From Candidatus Moraniibacteriota bacterium (GTDB taxonomy: Bacteria; Patescibacteriota; Minisyncoccia; Moranbacterales; UBA1568), in the NCBI GenBank assembly GCA_017983435.1, contig JAGOBM010000003.1, positions 4,786 through 68,785 of the forward strand: a stretch of DNA of 64,000 nt. The letters run 5' to 3'. A program made the position numbers and the translations under genes. How positions within the stretch are numbered: the stretch's first letter is position 1; each line of letters starts with the position of its first letter. Below the pieces are notes generated by a model. That model searched no databases, was not told the DNA's origin, and saw only the letters and a list, made by a program, of their open reading frames with translations. Shown here piece after piece: positions 48,969 through 57,930 of the stretch.

Positions 48969-50051
48969 CTACTTTCTAAGCAGATCAAAAAATGCCCTAT
49001 GGAAATAAAGTCTTTCTCTGCCGATTTTTTCACTTTTGAGCAGGCCTATCCTTTCAAGCTCTACCAGATATTTTCCTGCAGTTTTTTCTTTCACGATTCC
49101 AGCATCGACAAGAAACTTTCTCTTGGAATACGGCAACTGAAAGAGAGTGTTTACCAGTTCTTTCGAATAGATATTCGGCGCCTTTTCTTTGATCATCTGC
49201 TCAGTCGATTCCATTAGAGAGCAGATATCATGGATCTTTTGCTCTGTATACTTTGCGGTCTGCTCCACAGCGTCCAGCATATATAAAATCCACGATTCCC
49301 ATTCCTCTCTTTCCGTCACTCCGCGCAACTTCACATAATAATCACTCTTATTCTCCAATATATATTTACTAAGATACAGGATAGGATGTTCCAAGAGACC
49401 CGTAAGAACGAGGAAGAGGATATTCAAAATACGTCCCGTCCTTCCGTTTCCATCATGAAAAGGATGAATAGACTCAAATTGATAGTGCAGAACCGCCATC
49501 TTCACCAAAGGATCTATTCCGTCCTTCTGATCATTTATGTACTGTTCCAAATTCTTCAGTTTCTCAAGAATAACAGCCTCTCCTTCCGGTGGCGTGTACA
49601 CAATCTCTCCCGTGGCAGGATTGGCAATTTTTGTCCCAGGAATCTTTCGAATACCTCCGTCCGTCTGTTTGATAGCCTGCATCATCTCTATGAGAACTCT
49701 AGCACTGATAAATCCGTTCTCGCGTATAAAGCCATAGCCGTACCACAATGCTTTCGGGTAAGAAATAACTTCTTTTAAATTTGGATCTGTGACGCTTTCC
49801 AATGCTAACGACTGGTAGAGCTCATCATTCGTGGTGACAATATTTTCAATTTCCGAACTCAACTTCGCTTCCTGAAGAATAACCGCATTCGCAAGCAGAG
49901 ATTCATTTGGCAATCTTTTGTTCGATGCATCAAGAGCAGCGAGAGCGGCTCTAGCCCCTATCGCTTTTTTCAAAATAGCTGCGGTTTCTAATTCCTTCAG
50001 GGGCGGAAGGAGTGGTAAATCGTTATATGGTTTCTGACGATCAAAAGACAT
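48969..50051 (-). CDS. Fic-family protein (putative AMPylator)
   Basis: HPFHDGNGRTGR Fic motif; 360 aa; lower-GC gene. Confidence 0.85.
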   Translation of the reverse strand: MSFDRQKPYNDLPLLPPLKELETAAILKKAIGARAALAALDASNKRLPNESLLANAVILQEAKLSSEIENIVTTNDELYQSLALESVTDPNLKEVISYPKALWYGYGFIRENGFISARVLIEMMQAIKQTDGGIRKIPGTKIANPATGEIVYTPPEGEAVILEKLKNLEQYINDQKDGIDPLVKMAVLHYQFESIHPFHDGNGRTGRILNILFLVLTGLLEHPILYLSKYILENKSDYYVKLRGVTEREEWESWILYMLDAVEQTAKYTEQKIHDICSLMESTEQMIKEKAPNIYSKELVNTLFQLPYSKRKFLVDAGIVKEKTAGKYLVELERIGLLKSEKIGRERLYFHRAFFDLLRK

Positions 50052-50422
50052 ATATTTCTTTTAATACTTATAGGGTTCTTTGCTATTTTGATAATAGTAC
50101 ATACGGGCAATAAAGTAAAGTAAATGCCCGTATTCGTTTAATACGGGCATTCAATGCCCCTACCATAAAAATGCAGGCATTTATACAAAAATCATGCCTC
50201 AATCAATAAAAATCCAATGACGTTCGAACTGATTTTATAGCATAAAAGAGCCAAAATATGGCTCTTTTATGAACTAGCTCCCCTTAGTGGATGAACTTAG
50301 AACTTTAGATTGGAGAAGGATTGGGAAGATGGTAACAGAAATGGAGCGGGTTTTAGTGTAAAAATTTTTGAAGCCGCTGGGTGATACCATGCGGCCTCTG
50401 TATTCGCGCCCCGTTCGGACGC

Positions 50423-50692
50423 CTAGTTGGTCTTCATCTTGGCCATGTAGATCATGGTGCTGTGGCCGTTGATGCCGAACTCGGTCTGGATGCGGAAAGT
50501 AACGAATCCTTCACCGAGCTTCTGCTTGATCGTCTCTTCCCAGCTGGGGCCAAAGTAGCCAGCCCAGAACTCTGCCACCTGCGTCAGGTCCAGGTTCTGG
50601 TTTGCGATGATCGTGAGCAGCTGCTCGGGATTTTCGACACCACCGCGCAGAGCTTGTTCGATGACTTCGCGAGAAACGCCTTGCATGTTCAT
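50423..50692 (-). CDS. hypothetical small protein with atypical GC-rich codon usage
   Basis: 89-aa ORF; GC3-rich, unlike the AT-rich flanks. Confidence 0.35.
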   Translation of the reverse strand: MNMQGVSREVIEQALRGGVENPEQLLTIIANQNLDLTQVAEFWAGYFGPSWEETIKQKLGEGFVTFRIQTEFGINGHSTMIYMAKMKTN

Positions 50693-50794
50693 CTCCTTGT
50701 GAGAACTTTCCCTTTCAGCCGGGAACGTGGCCGTTGCTCAGTCAGAACTTGCAACTATGAAGTATAGCACCTTTCACGTCCGGTGTCAATATAA

Positions 50795-50830
50795 AAACAT
50801 AAATAGAGGCTCATATAAGCCTCTATTTGG
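50795..50830. terminator. bidirectional terminator hairpin AGAGGCT-CATATA-AGCCTCT
   Basis: Perfect 7-bp stem with A/T flanks. Confidence 0.55.
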
Positions 50831-51040
50831 AACTTGCTCCGCCTACTGAACACTATTAGAACCTCTATCCAGGAAGACAAGGCGTCAAAGCTCTACTACT
50901 TTGGCTTGAAAAGGTTTATGAAATGAATTACCTCGCAGCAAACTCCGAGGAATTCTCTTGAATTAAGGGCGGCTCTTATCCGTATTTTGTACCCCCCTTC
51001 AGAGTACCGTATTTTCATATCGCCTATTTTGTATCTTTCA

Positions 51041-51478
51041 CTAGAGTTGATCTATAGCGCTCTTCATCTCTGCGACAAGCGCCCGGACATCACCCTCGGA
51101 CAGTACCGTACGGACCGTGTTGGCATGATTCAAATCGCCCAGCCGCGTATTGGGAATGAGGTGATAGTGCAAATGTTCCACACTCTTGGCTCCACTTTTC
51201 CCCTCCCGAACCATGAGAGAAAAGTCCTCATATCCGAGATAGCGGAGGATGCGGGAACTTTTCTGAACCAAATCCCAAATATCACCCCACTCCTCCACTC
51301 CGATATCGAAAAAGGATTTCCGATGCTCTTTGGGAATGATAAGAAGATGGTGTTTGTGATATGGAGCGATCGCATAGGTGACATAGGCTGTCTCATTCTC
51401 AATCAACCGACGATCATCGGAAGCACAGAACGGACACGTCCCCACAGGAAGTGCTTGTACGTATTCGGCGTACTTCAT
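51041..51478 (-). CDS. HIT-family (histidine triad) protein
   Basis: HLHYHLIP histidine triad, 145 aa. Confidence 0.8.
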   Translation of the reverse strand: MKYAEYVQALPVGTCPFCASDDRRLIENETAYVTYAIAPYHKHHLLIIPKEHRKSFFDIGVEEWGDIWDLVQKSSRILRYLGYEDFSLMVREGKSGAKSVEHLHYHLIPNTRLGDLNHANTVRTVLSEGDVRALVAEMKSAIDQL

Positions 51479-51541
51479 ACTGGAACAGTCATACTAAGAG
51501 TGTAGGGTATCCTTCGATACATTTCTAGTATACCACTAGTT

Positions 51542-52543
51542 TCAACCATTGTTTCCATGAGCAGAGAACCATTGACCTTCGCTGCTCTTTTTGAGAACTT
51601 TGCCCGTCGGAATAGAGGCGGAGTGGTAGAAATAATCAAAAACTTTGCCAAGGGTAATGACAGGAACATCGGGAATAACATGCGCACGGACCAGAGGAAG
51701 ATTCCCAAACGGCACTGATGGCAACAGGTGATGTTCAAAATGATACCAGGTATGATGGGGCAGAAATAAGGCCCGCTGCCATACAGTGGCATAAAAACGG
51801 TGCGTACCCGGAGTGCCGACATGTTCAGTCCAAACCCTCAGTCGGAAAACTGCAAAACAGGACGTGAGGAGAGAGAATATCCAAATTCCAAATACCCAAA
51901 GCATACCAGCGTACCAGAAAACACCCAGAATAAGCCCCCAGTACAGAAACATCTGGCTCTCTATGGGAACGTCTTTGCCCCCTTGTCCAGAAAGCGTGTC
52001 TTCTGTCTTGGTATCGAGAGCGCCATGAACATACCTCTTACCGAAAAACTGCAAAATGGTTCTTCTCTTATACCATACGATTCCGATACCCGTTAAGTCG
52101 CTCAGGATGATGCCTAGGAGTCGGACAGGCGAAATGGGTATATCCCAGGCTGGCGCCTCCAGAAACTTGCTCTCCAGCTCTGGATCTCTTTCCGTACCAA
52201 GGAATCGATGGTGACGGAAGTGATACTCCCGATATTCCCCAAGGGGGAGAAAAATCGGCCAGCTCGCCAACGCTCGTGTCAAAAAATCGTTCAGCTTCAG
52301 ATTATTCGTTATGAGCCAGTGGGCACCATCATGGGAAAGAATGCCCAGCGCGTGTTGGCGTGTACCGATGACAGCAATCGCAAAGAAAGCCGCCCACCAG
52401 GTCTGAAATGAAAACACAAAAACATAGGCCATGAGAATGACAGACCAATCGAAAAATACATTTCCGAGCCAGCGCCAGATATTCTTGTGGCCTAGCTGAG
52501 GCTGAGCAAGAATGGAGTCGCCCGATAATGACCGCTCTTTCAT
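51542..52543 (-). CDS. membrane fatty-acid desaturase family protein
   Basis: Three His boxes (HDGAHW, HRFHH-like YHFRHHRF, FEHHLLP); multi-TM. Confidence 0.8.
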   Translation of the reverse strand: MKERSLSGDSILAQPQLGHKNIWRWLGNVFFDWSVILMAYVFVFSFQTWWAAFFAIAVIGTRQHALGILSHDGAHWLITNNLKLNDFLTRALASWPIFLPLGEYREYHFRHHRFLGTERDPELESKFLEAPAWDIPISPVRLLGIILSDLTGIGIVWYKRRTILQFFGKRYVHGALDTKTEDTLSGQGGKDVPIESQMFLYWGLILGVFWYAGMLWVFGIWIFSLLTSCFAVFRLRVWTEHVGTPGTHRFYATVWQRALFLPHHTWYHFEHHLLPSVPFGNLPLVRAHVIPDVPVITLGKVFDYFYHSASIPTGKVLKKSSEGQWFSAHGNNG

Positions 52544-52657
52544 ACGTTATCCGCTATTCACTCTGACACACTGATTTTAGCTGCTATCACAAAATGACGC
52601 AAAGGATTTCAGAGGAGTAAACCAGCTTATCGTAGGTTTTCACTTTCATGCAGCGTA

Positions 52658-52708
52658 GCAACAAAAAACAAGGCTTCCGCCAGCTGGCGGATATGGCCTT
52701 GTTTTTAA
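52658..52708. repeat. copy B of the GCAACAAAAAACAAGGCTT terminator-type repeat, with the CCGCCAGCTGGCGGATATG insert in its loop
   Basis: 19-nt identity with the tRNA-Asn-proximal terminator at 57894. Confidence 0.5.
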
Positions 52709-52779
52709 CTGCCCGCCTAGATTACCCCCTTCAGTATGCCGGGTCTCGCCTTCGCTTTTTTATATGCTAAAATACGCAT

Positions 52780-53187
52780 ATGAATACTATTCAGAATATA
52801 AAAAATGGTAGTACTCTCCCCGAAGAAAAACCGGGAGCGCCTATCTACCCTGAAGACGTTGGCCTCGGCAGTATTGGGGAAGAGGCGGCCAGCAACCTTC
52901 CCGATCATCTTCAAAAAATAGAGGGGAGAATGAAGAAAGATAATGTCTGGTCGCCTGTTCAGACAGAAAGCGACACCCGATTTATGCCACTTCCTGAGTG
53001 GATAACGCTTGTGATGGTTCCAAGGGATACAATGAACTTAGAAAAACTTCTTCTACCGGGAAATTATTGTGTCGGCGGCATGGCAGCATATGAACAAAAA
53101 GCCGGGGCTTTCCCTAACCTATCACCAGAACTTATGAAACTTTTTGAAGAATATGAGGAAATGCTGGCAAACCTGAGAAAAATATGA
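52780..53187 (+). CDS. hypothetical protein
   Basis: 135-aa ORF bracketed by repeat copies B and C. Confidence 0.4.
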   Translation: MNTIQNIKNGSTLPEEKPGAPIYPEDVGLGSIGEEAASNLPDHLQKIEGRMKKDNVWSPVQTESDTRFMPLPEWITLVMVPRDTMNLEKLLLPGNYCVGGMAAYEQKAGAFPNLSPELMKLFEEYEEMLANLRKI

Positions 53188-53198
53188 GTATTTTTTGA

Positions 53199-53250
53199 GC
53201 AACAAAAAACAAGGCTTCCGCCAGCTGGCGGATATAGCCTCGTTTTCTCA
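53199..53250. repeat. copy C of the same terminator-type repeat, with the palindrome insert
   Basis: GCAACAAAAAACAAGGCTT-CCGCCAGCTGGCGGATATA-GCCTCGTTTT. Confidence 0.5.
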
Positions 53251-53334
53251 GCTCAACTTGTTGGATGCTGTTGAGAGTCCACTGAATCCATTTCCAGTTG
53301 GAGAATCCCCCAGATGTATTCTAGCGACGATTAC

Positions 53335-53598
53335 TCATTTGGAACGATGCACGCAACCGGCCCAACAACAGGGTCTGCGCATGCCAGACTTGAGTTTTGA
53401 AAGACCCACTTCGATTCGACGCTTTCTTGTTTCCTCCTTCTTGGCATCGAGAATCCAACAAATCCACTCATTACGTGCGAGTGGCGTAATATCCTGCCAG
53501 AGAGCATGCGCCAAAGGTGTCGCCGTAAGTGCTTTCCGCCAATCTGCCGGCACACTATGCACCATGCCCTCGGGAATTTCTTTTTTGAACTGACGCAT
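53335..53598 (-). CDS. YdeI/OmpD-associated family protein
   Basis: ARNEWICWILDAKKEETRKRRI pattern, 87 aa. Confidence 0.5.
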   Translation of the reverse strand: MRQFKKEIPEGMVHSVPADWRKALTATPLAHALWQDITPLARNEWICWILDAKKEETRKRRIEVGLSKLKSGMRRPCCWAGCVHRSK

Positions 53599-53654
53599 AG
53601 TTGAAAGTATTCTTCTTCATTGTGAGTATACCGCGCTTGCATCTTTCCCATCCT

Positions 53655-53999
53655 TTAAGGACGTTCTGTTTTTCCGAAGAAATGACGGATAGTTAAGGCA
53701 AGGATAGTCCAGTAGCAGACGAGATAGATACCGATAAACGGCGGTGGAGGGTCTTCTTTCAAGAAATGAATCTGAGGCAAAGCCAAGGGTCCTATGAGGA
53801 CGATTTTTATAGGCAAGAGAACTGTGGACACGACACGCTTCCAGACGATCGGTGAGTCGCTACCGGTCCTAAGGACAGAGTCGGGAGGCTGAGGAAAACC
53901 TCGGGGTCCTGTTGTTCCTAAAAGCGAGGTGGTGATAAAAAGAAAAGCAAATCCAGAAACGAGGAAGAGGACGACGAATTTTTTCCTTGAAGTGTTCAT
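53655..53999 (-). CDS. small 2-TM membrane protein (paralogue of 44638-45015)
   Basis: 114 aa; about 75% amino-acid and about 75-80% nucleotide identity to the 44638-45015 gene. Confidence 0.5.
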   Translation of the reverse strand: MNTSRKKFVVLFLVSGFAFLFITTSLLGTTGPRGFPQPPDSVLRTGSDSPIVWKRVVSTVLLPIKIVLIGPLALPQIHFLKEDPPPPFIGIYLVCYWTILALTIRHFFGKTERP

Positions 54000-54091
54000 A
54001 TCGATCGAACACCGAATCCCTTGCGTTAGTTACAAGTATCGGGTCTGGGCTTCCATCTCAATCTTATCACACGTTCTAACCCTCACTTTGA

Positions 54092-54157
54092 GCAACAAAA
54101 AACAAGGCTTCATTAGGCCTCGTTTTCTTAGCTCGCCTGGCGGGACAACTTCCGAAC
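54092..54157. repeat. copy D of the terminator-type repeat followed by a degenerate tRNA-Asn 3'-end-like segment
   Basis: GCAACAAAAAACAAGGCTT-CATTAG-GCCTCGTTTTCTT then AGCTCGCCTGGCGGGACAACTTCCGAAC, about 65% matched to GGCTCCGACGGCTGGATTCGAACC. Confidence 0.45.
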
Positions 54158-54227
54158 TTTTGACTGGGAGAAGGCTTTCCCTGATCCGAATGTTTCACTG
54201 AGAGAAATACAGGGATTACTAGCTCTT

Positions 54228-55286
54228 CTATAGCTGATATTTCCCCCTCACTATTTCTTTTGCAACGTCGTCTCTTACCTGCTTTTTTGGCGACTTAAAC
54301 ATCAGGCTACTTATTTCCTCCAAATGACCCGACTCACCGTTATCTAACGCTATTTTCATAGCCCGAATGACATCAACCATTATCCCAGCACTATTCGGAC
54401 TATCCTCAACACTCAACTTTAAGTCCACTTCAAACGGAATATTTCCAAATTGACGGCCTTTTATGTTGATATAACAGACTTTATTATCCTTCAAATGTGG
54501 TATAAAATCGCTTGGTCCGATACGAACATCTGCCAGACCCCCATCAAGAATAGAGGTCACCGCCTGAGTTTTAGATTTCCTCTTACTCAATAGACGATTC
54601 TGATCGAGCATATTTTCAAAATCTGAATTCCCACCGACATTCAGTTGAAATGTACTGTCAATAACTTGTCCCCGATCTTCTATGAGTCGCGATAATACCC
54701 TGTGAATGATTGTGGCTCCGACTTGAGACTTTATGTCATCACCAGCGCACGGCAATCCTTTCTCCCTAAATTTATCTATCCACTCATCGTCAGAACAAAT
54801 AAACTCCGGTATGGCATTGATAAAACCGATACCAGCATCAATAGCTGCCTGCGCATAAAACCGGGCGGCTTTCGCGCTTCCAACCGGAAGATAGCATATG
54901 AGCATGTCCGCTCCGGAACGCTCCAATTCACCGATGACATCGCATTCTTTTTGCGACTCATCGACAAGAAAAGTCTGTCGCATATGATCAGCAACACCAT
55001 CCAGAATTGGCGCCTTCTGAACAATCACTCCAGTAACCGAGACATCGCATATCTCTTTCGTGCAGTTCGATCCAGCATTGATCGCTACAGAAAGATCATT
55101 CCCAACTTTTCTCTTATCGACATCAAATGCGGCAACAAACTCTATGTCACTTACGTGATATCCACCAAATTCAGCATGAAGTAGACCAACGACTGGATTA
55201 TCCTTATTCGTATAATACACACAGCCCTGTATCAATGAACTTGCACAGTTGCCGACCCCGGCTATGGCTACCCTTATCTTTCCCAT
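54228..55286 (-). CDS. inositol-3-phosphate (myo-inositol-1-phosphate) synthase, short type
   Basis: N-terminal Rossmann fold VAIAGVGNCASSL; 352 aa like archaeal/bacterial MIPS; low GC. Confidence 0.65.
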   Translation of the reverse strand: MGKIRVAIAGVGNCASSLIQGCVYYTNKDNPVVGLLHAEFGGYHVSDIEFVAAFDVDKRKVGNDLSVAINAGSNCTKEICDVSVTGVIVQKAPILDGVADHMRQTFLVDESQKECDVIGELERSGADMLICYLPVGSAKAARFYAQAAIDAGIGFINAIPEFICSDDEWIDKFREKGLPCAGDDIKSQVGATIIHRVLSRLIEDRGQVIDSTFQLNVGGNSDFENMLDQNRLLSKRKSKTQAVTSILDGGLADVRIGPSDFIPHLKDNKVCYINIKGRQFGNIPFEVDLKLSVEDSPNSAGIMVDVIRAMKIALDNGESGHLEEISSLMFKSPKKQVRDDVAKEIVRGKYQL

Positions 55287-55291
55287 ATGTA

Positions 55292-55858
55292 TTACTCTTT
55301 ACCGAATTCATTCCGACTGAGGTACGAGGAGACACCAACATGCAATGTAGCCTCCTTCATTTCTCCACTCTTCATTTTCTCTAATAACTCTTCGAGTGAC
55401 ATCCTTATCAAACGAATATTTTCACTCTCATCCTGAGAATAAGAATTTCCCGTGTCCTCTTTTAATTCTGTCGCGAGAAAAATATGCTTCGTACATGTCG
55501 TTCTTCCCGAATCGGGATAGTACGTAAGAAGTTTCTCCATATGATTCGCCAACATCCCGGTTTCTTCCGCTAATTCTCTCCTCGCGGCATCAATCGGTTG
55601 TTCGCCCTTTTCGACACCGCCACCGGGCAAATCTATCGTAACATCCCCAACGGCATGTCTATACTGCTTTACTAGAAAGACATTGTTATCTCTATCGACA
55701 GCCAGAATCGCAATGAGCTCCCCTCCTTCCACCGTATAAAAATCATCCAATATCTTACCATTCGGTAACTCAACTGTTTCTTTCTTCACCTTGAGCCACC
55801 TCGTATCAAGAGCATGTTCCGATCCCAGAGACTTCCAAAATAGTTTTTTGTCTTCCAT
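55292..55858 (-). CDS. NUDIX hydrolase
   Basis: NUDIX box GGVEKGEQPIDAARRELAEETG. Start set at MEDKKLFW to avoid overlap. Confidence 0.75.
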   Translation of the reverse strand: MEDKKLFWKSLGSEHALDTRWLKVKKETVELPNGKILDDFYTVEGGELIAILAVDRDNNVFLVKQYRHAVGDVTIDLPGGGVEKGEQPIDAARRELAEETGMLANHMEKLLTYYPDSGRTTCTKHIFLATELKEDTGNSYSQDESENIRLIRMSLEELLEKMKSGEMKEATLHVGVSSYLSRNEFGKE

Positions 55859-55871
55859 ATAATTTTGACAA

Positions 55872-57032
55872 TTACTGATAAATAAGTTCCAAAGATTCCA
55901 ATTGTTTAGCGAGGGAAAATTCAGATCGGATAGAGCGCTTCCCACCACTTACCAGTATAGCTGACAAAACACTGTCATTCCTAATACGCAGTATTTTATC
56001 GGCCAGATCCTTCGGATCCATTGGTTTTGACAACAACCCGTTGACCTCATCCTTTATGACCTCATCTATACCGAAAGTGTTGCTCCCGATTACTGGAATA
56101 CCAGCGGCCATTCCCTCAAGCAAAACGATCCCCAGCCCTTCCACGTGTGATGGCAATACACAAACATCACAATTTGCAAGAACATGTGGCATAGTCTCCA
56201 GACTTTCTTTGTCTACAACAATTTTTACCCTATCGAGAAGTCCATTCTTTTCTATATACTCATTGATCAGCGTCAGATACTCACCAGATCCATTCTTCAC
56301 AGATGTGGGAACAAAAAGCTTTATCTTTCTATCACCAAGAATTTGTATGGCTTTTATAAGATCTAAAATACCCTTTCGACGTATCATTCTCGCTGGACAC
56401 GCAACGATAAAATCATCCTTCTCGTAACCGTATCGTGTCCTCCACGAGGGATCTTTTTCTACCGAAAAATCCTTTTCATCGATCCCGTGATAAACAAGCC
56501 TAGTTTTGCTTTCGTCAGCCCCCAACTTCAATGCCCAATCGTAGTAATAACGACTTGGGCACACAAGCGTATCATAAAACGGCAGTTTTATGATAAATGA
56601 AGCGAAAGCTTTCTCTACGCTGTAATCGGAAAAATGACCAATAATTTTCCCTTCTTCAGGAATCGGCGTGCTGTGAAACGTAAATATAGTCTTCTTGGTC
56701 CTCACTAAGGACAAGAGTGAAGCATAGGCAAGCCCTGGCATGAAGTTATGAACATGCACCACATCAAAGGTATCATCCGAGATAGCCTTCGCAAAATCAT
56801 CGAGAATGGCGCGAAAAGAAGCTTTCCCTTTCTCGAAGTCCCTAAAACCTCCGATTCTTATCACGGAAAATCTATTTTCTTCATTCTCTGACTCTGAAAG
56901 TGCGCTGTCACCTCCGGTGATAACGGTAACTTCGTGTCCCCTTTCAGAGAGTCTGGTCGCCAAAAGATACATATGTGTTTCCCCTCCACCGATTTGTGGC
57001 GGAAAACTGTGATTGATAAGACAGATCTTCAT
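55872..57032 (-). CDS. glycosyltransferase family 4 (GT-B, retaining)
   Basis: N-terminal MKICLINHSFPPQIGGGETH; C-terminal EGLGIVLLEGMAAGIPVIGS E-x7-E motif. Confidence 0.8.
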   Translation of the reverse strand: MKICLINHSFPPQIGGGETHMYLLATRLSERGHEVTVITGGDSALSESENEENRFSVIRIGGFRDFEKGKASFRAILDDFAKAISDDTFDVVHVHNFMPGLAYASLLSLVRTKKTIFTFHSTPIPEEGKIIGHFSDYSVEKAFASFIIKLPFYDTLVCPSRYYYDWALKLGADESKTRLVYHGIDEKDFSVEKDPSWRTRYGYEKDDFIVACPARMIRRKGILDLIKAIQILGDRKIKLFVPTSVKNGSGEYLTLINEYIEKNGLLDRVKIVVDKESLETMPHVLANCDVCVLPSHVEGLGIVLLEGMAAGIPVIGSNTFGIDEVIKDEVNGLLSKPMDPKDLADKILRIRNDSVLSAILVSGGKRSIRSEFSLAKQLESLELIYQ

Positions 57033-57078
57033 ACTGTTATGAATCTAAAAAAGACTCGGGTCCATATCTGGGCCCGAG

Positions 57079-57810
57079 CTAACCACTCATCCAAAACTCT
57101 TGGAAAAGAAACCCCAGATATCTTTTCCAAGTACCAAGGTCATCCCATTCGTTTCTCAAGATGTAGCATTCCCCACCGTGCTTCGCATACACCCATTCGA
57201 CAATGTCTTTCGTCATATTATATGCGCCACCAATAGACAATTGGTCTATGCACTCTCTCAGCGCGTCAAACCGAAATATGGGAATCCCGGTATATGCCAC
57301 TCTTGATTTCCGATGAAAAAACTTATGAAGCACTTTCTCGGAATTGAGTTGCACATCTATATAGTCATGGTGTGCCTCATCGCTATAGATGCCAACCATC
57401 AACAACGCGGGGGCGTTTCTTTCCACATAATATCGGAGTAAGTCCTGAACCGGCAGACGGACAAGATGGTCCCCATTCAGAACGATTACGACATCCGGCG
57501 CATAGTCACAAACTGTCTGCCAATGTTGTAGTACTGCCCCGCCGGTATCAAGTGCCGCCAGCTCAACAAGGACAGAGACATTCGGGTACTTCTCCCGGAC
57601 ATAATGCGCCACCTGTCGAGACTTGTACCGGGCAAGCACAACCGTCTTCCCTTCAACACCAGAGATGCCTCGGACATCACTGCTTTCGATGGCATAGTCG
57701 AGGATTTTCCTGTTGTTCATTGCTGGCAGAAGCGTCTTTTGGCTAAAAAACGTGGCTGGCCTAAGCCGAGTTCCTTTGCCACCAGACAAAACCAAAAACA
57801 TGACTTTCAT
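57079..57810 (-). CDS. sugar-/alcohol-phosphate nucleotidyltransferase (NTP-transferase fold)
   Basis: LSGGKGTRLRP motif. The N-terminal extension of the longer ORF merely translates the terminator repeat and is rejected. Confidence 0.65.
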   Translation of the reverse strand: MKVMFLVLSGGKGTRLRPATFFSQKTLLPAMNNRKILDYAIESSDVRGISGVEGKTVVLARYKSRQVAHYVREKYPNVSVLVELAALDTGGAVLQHWQTVCDYAPDVVIVLNGDHLVRLPVQDLLRYYVERNAPALLMVGIYSDEAHHDYIDVQLNSEKVLHKFFHRKSRVAYTGIPIFRFDALRECIDQLSIGGAYNMTKDIVEWVYAKHGGECYILRNEWDDLGTWKRYLGFLFQEFWMSG

Positions 57811-57893
57811 GGCAATCTCCCAAATATTTGAATGTGCTACCCCGACCGTATCATGCATAACCGAAATGGTCAACGGTTCGAATCCCGTTTTAG

Positions 57894-57930
57894 GTAACAA
57901 AAAACAAGGCTTTTGCAAGCCTCGTTTTGT
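57894..57930. terminator. bidirectional terminator AACAAAAAACAAGGCTT-TTGCA-AGCCTCGTTTTGTT, immediately 3' of tRNA-Asn
   Basis: Stem CAAGGCTT/AAGCCTCG with A-run and T-run flanks; master copy of repeats B, C and D. Confidence 0.6.

Noticed and set aside
57872-57893. T-arm-like hairpin AACGG-TTCGAATC-CCGTT on the plus strand just upstream of the tRNA-Asn terminator.
   Set aside because: Loop is 8 nt, there is no matching acceptor 5' strand within 80 nt upstream, and no CCA. Probably a tRNA remnant or chance hairpin, not a functional tRNA.
57811-57918. N-terminal extension of the nucleotidyltransferase ORF (MQKPCFLLPKTG…). A similar case is ORF 53195-53593 (MSNKKQGFRQLADIA…).
   Set aside because: These residues are just translations of the GCAACAAAAAACAAGGCTT terminator repeat; the real start is MKVMFLVLSGGKGTRL at 57810.
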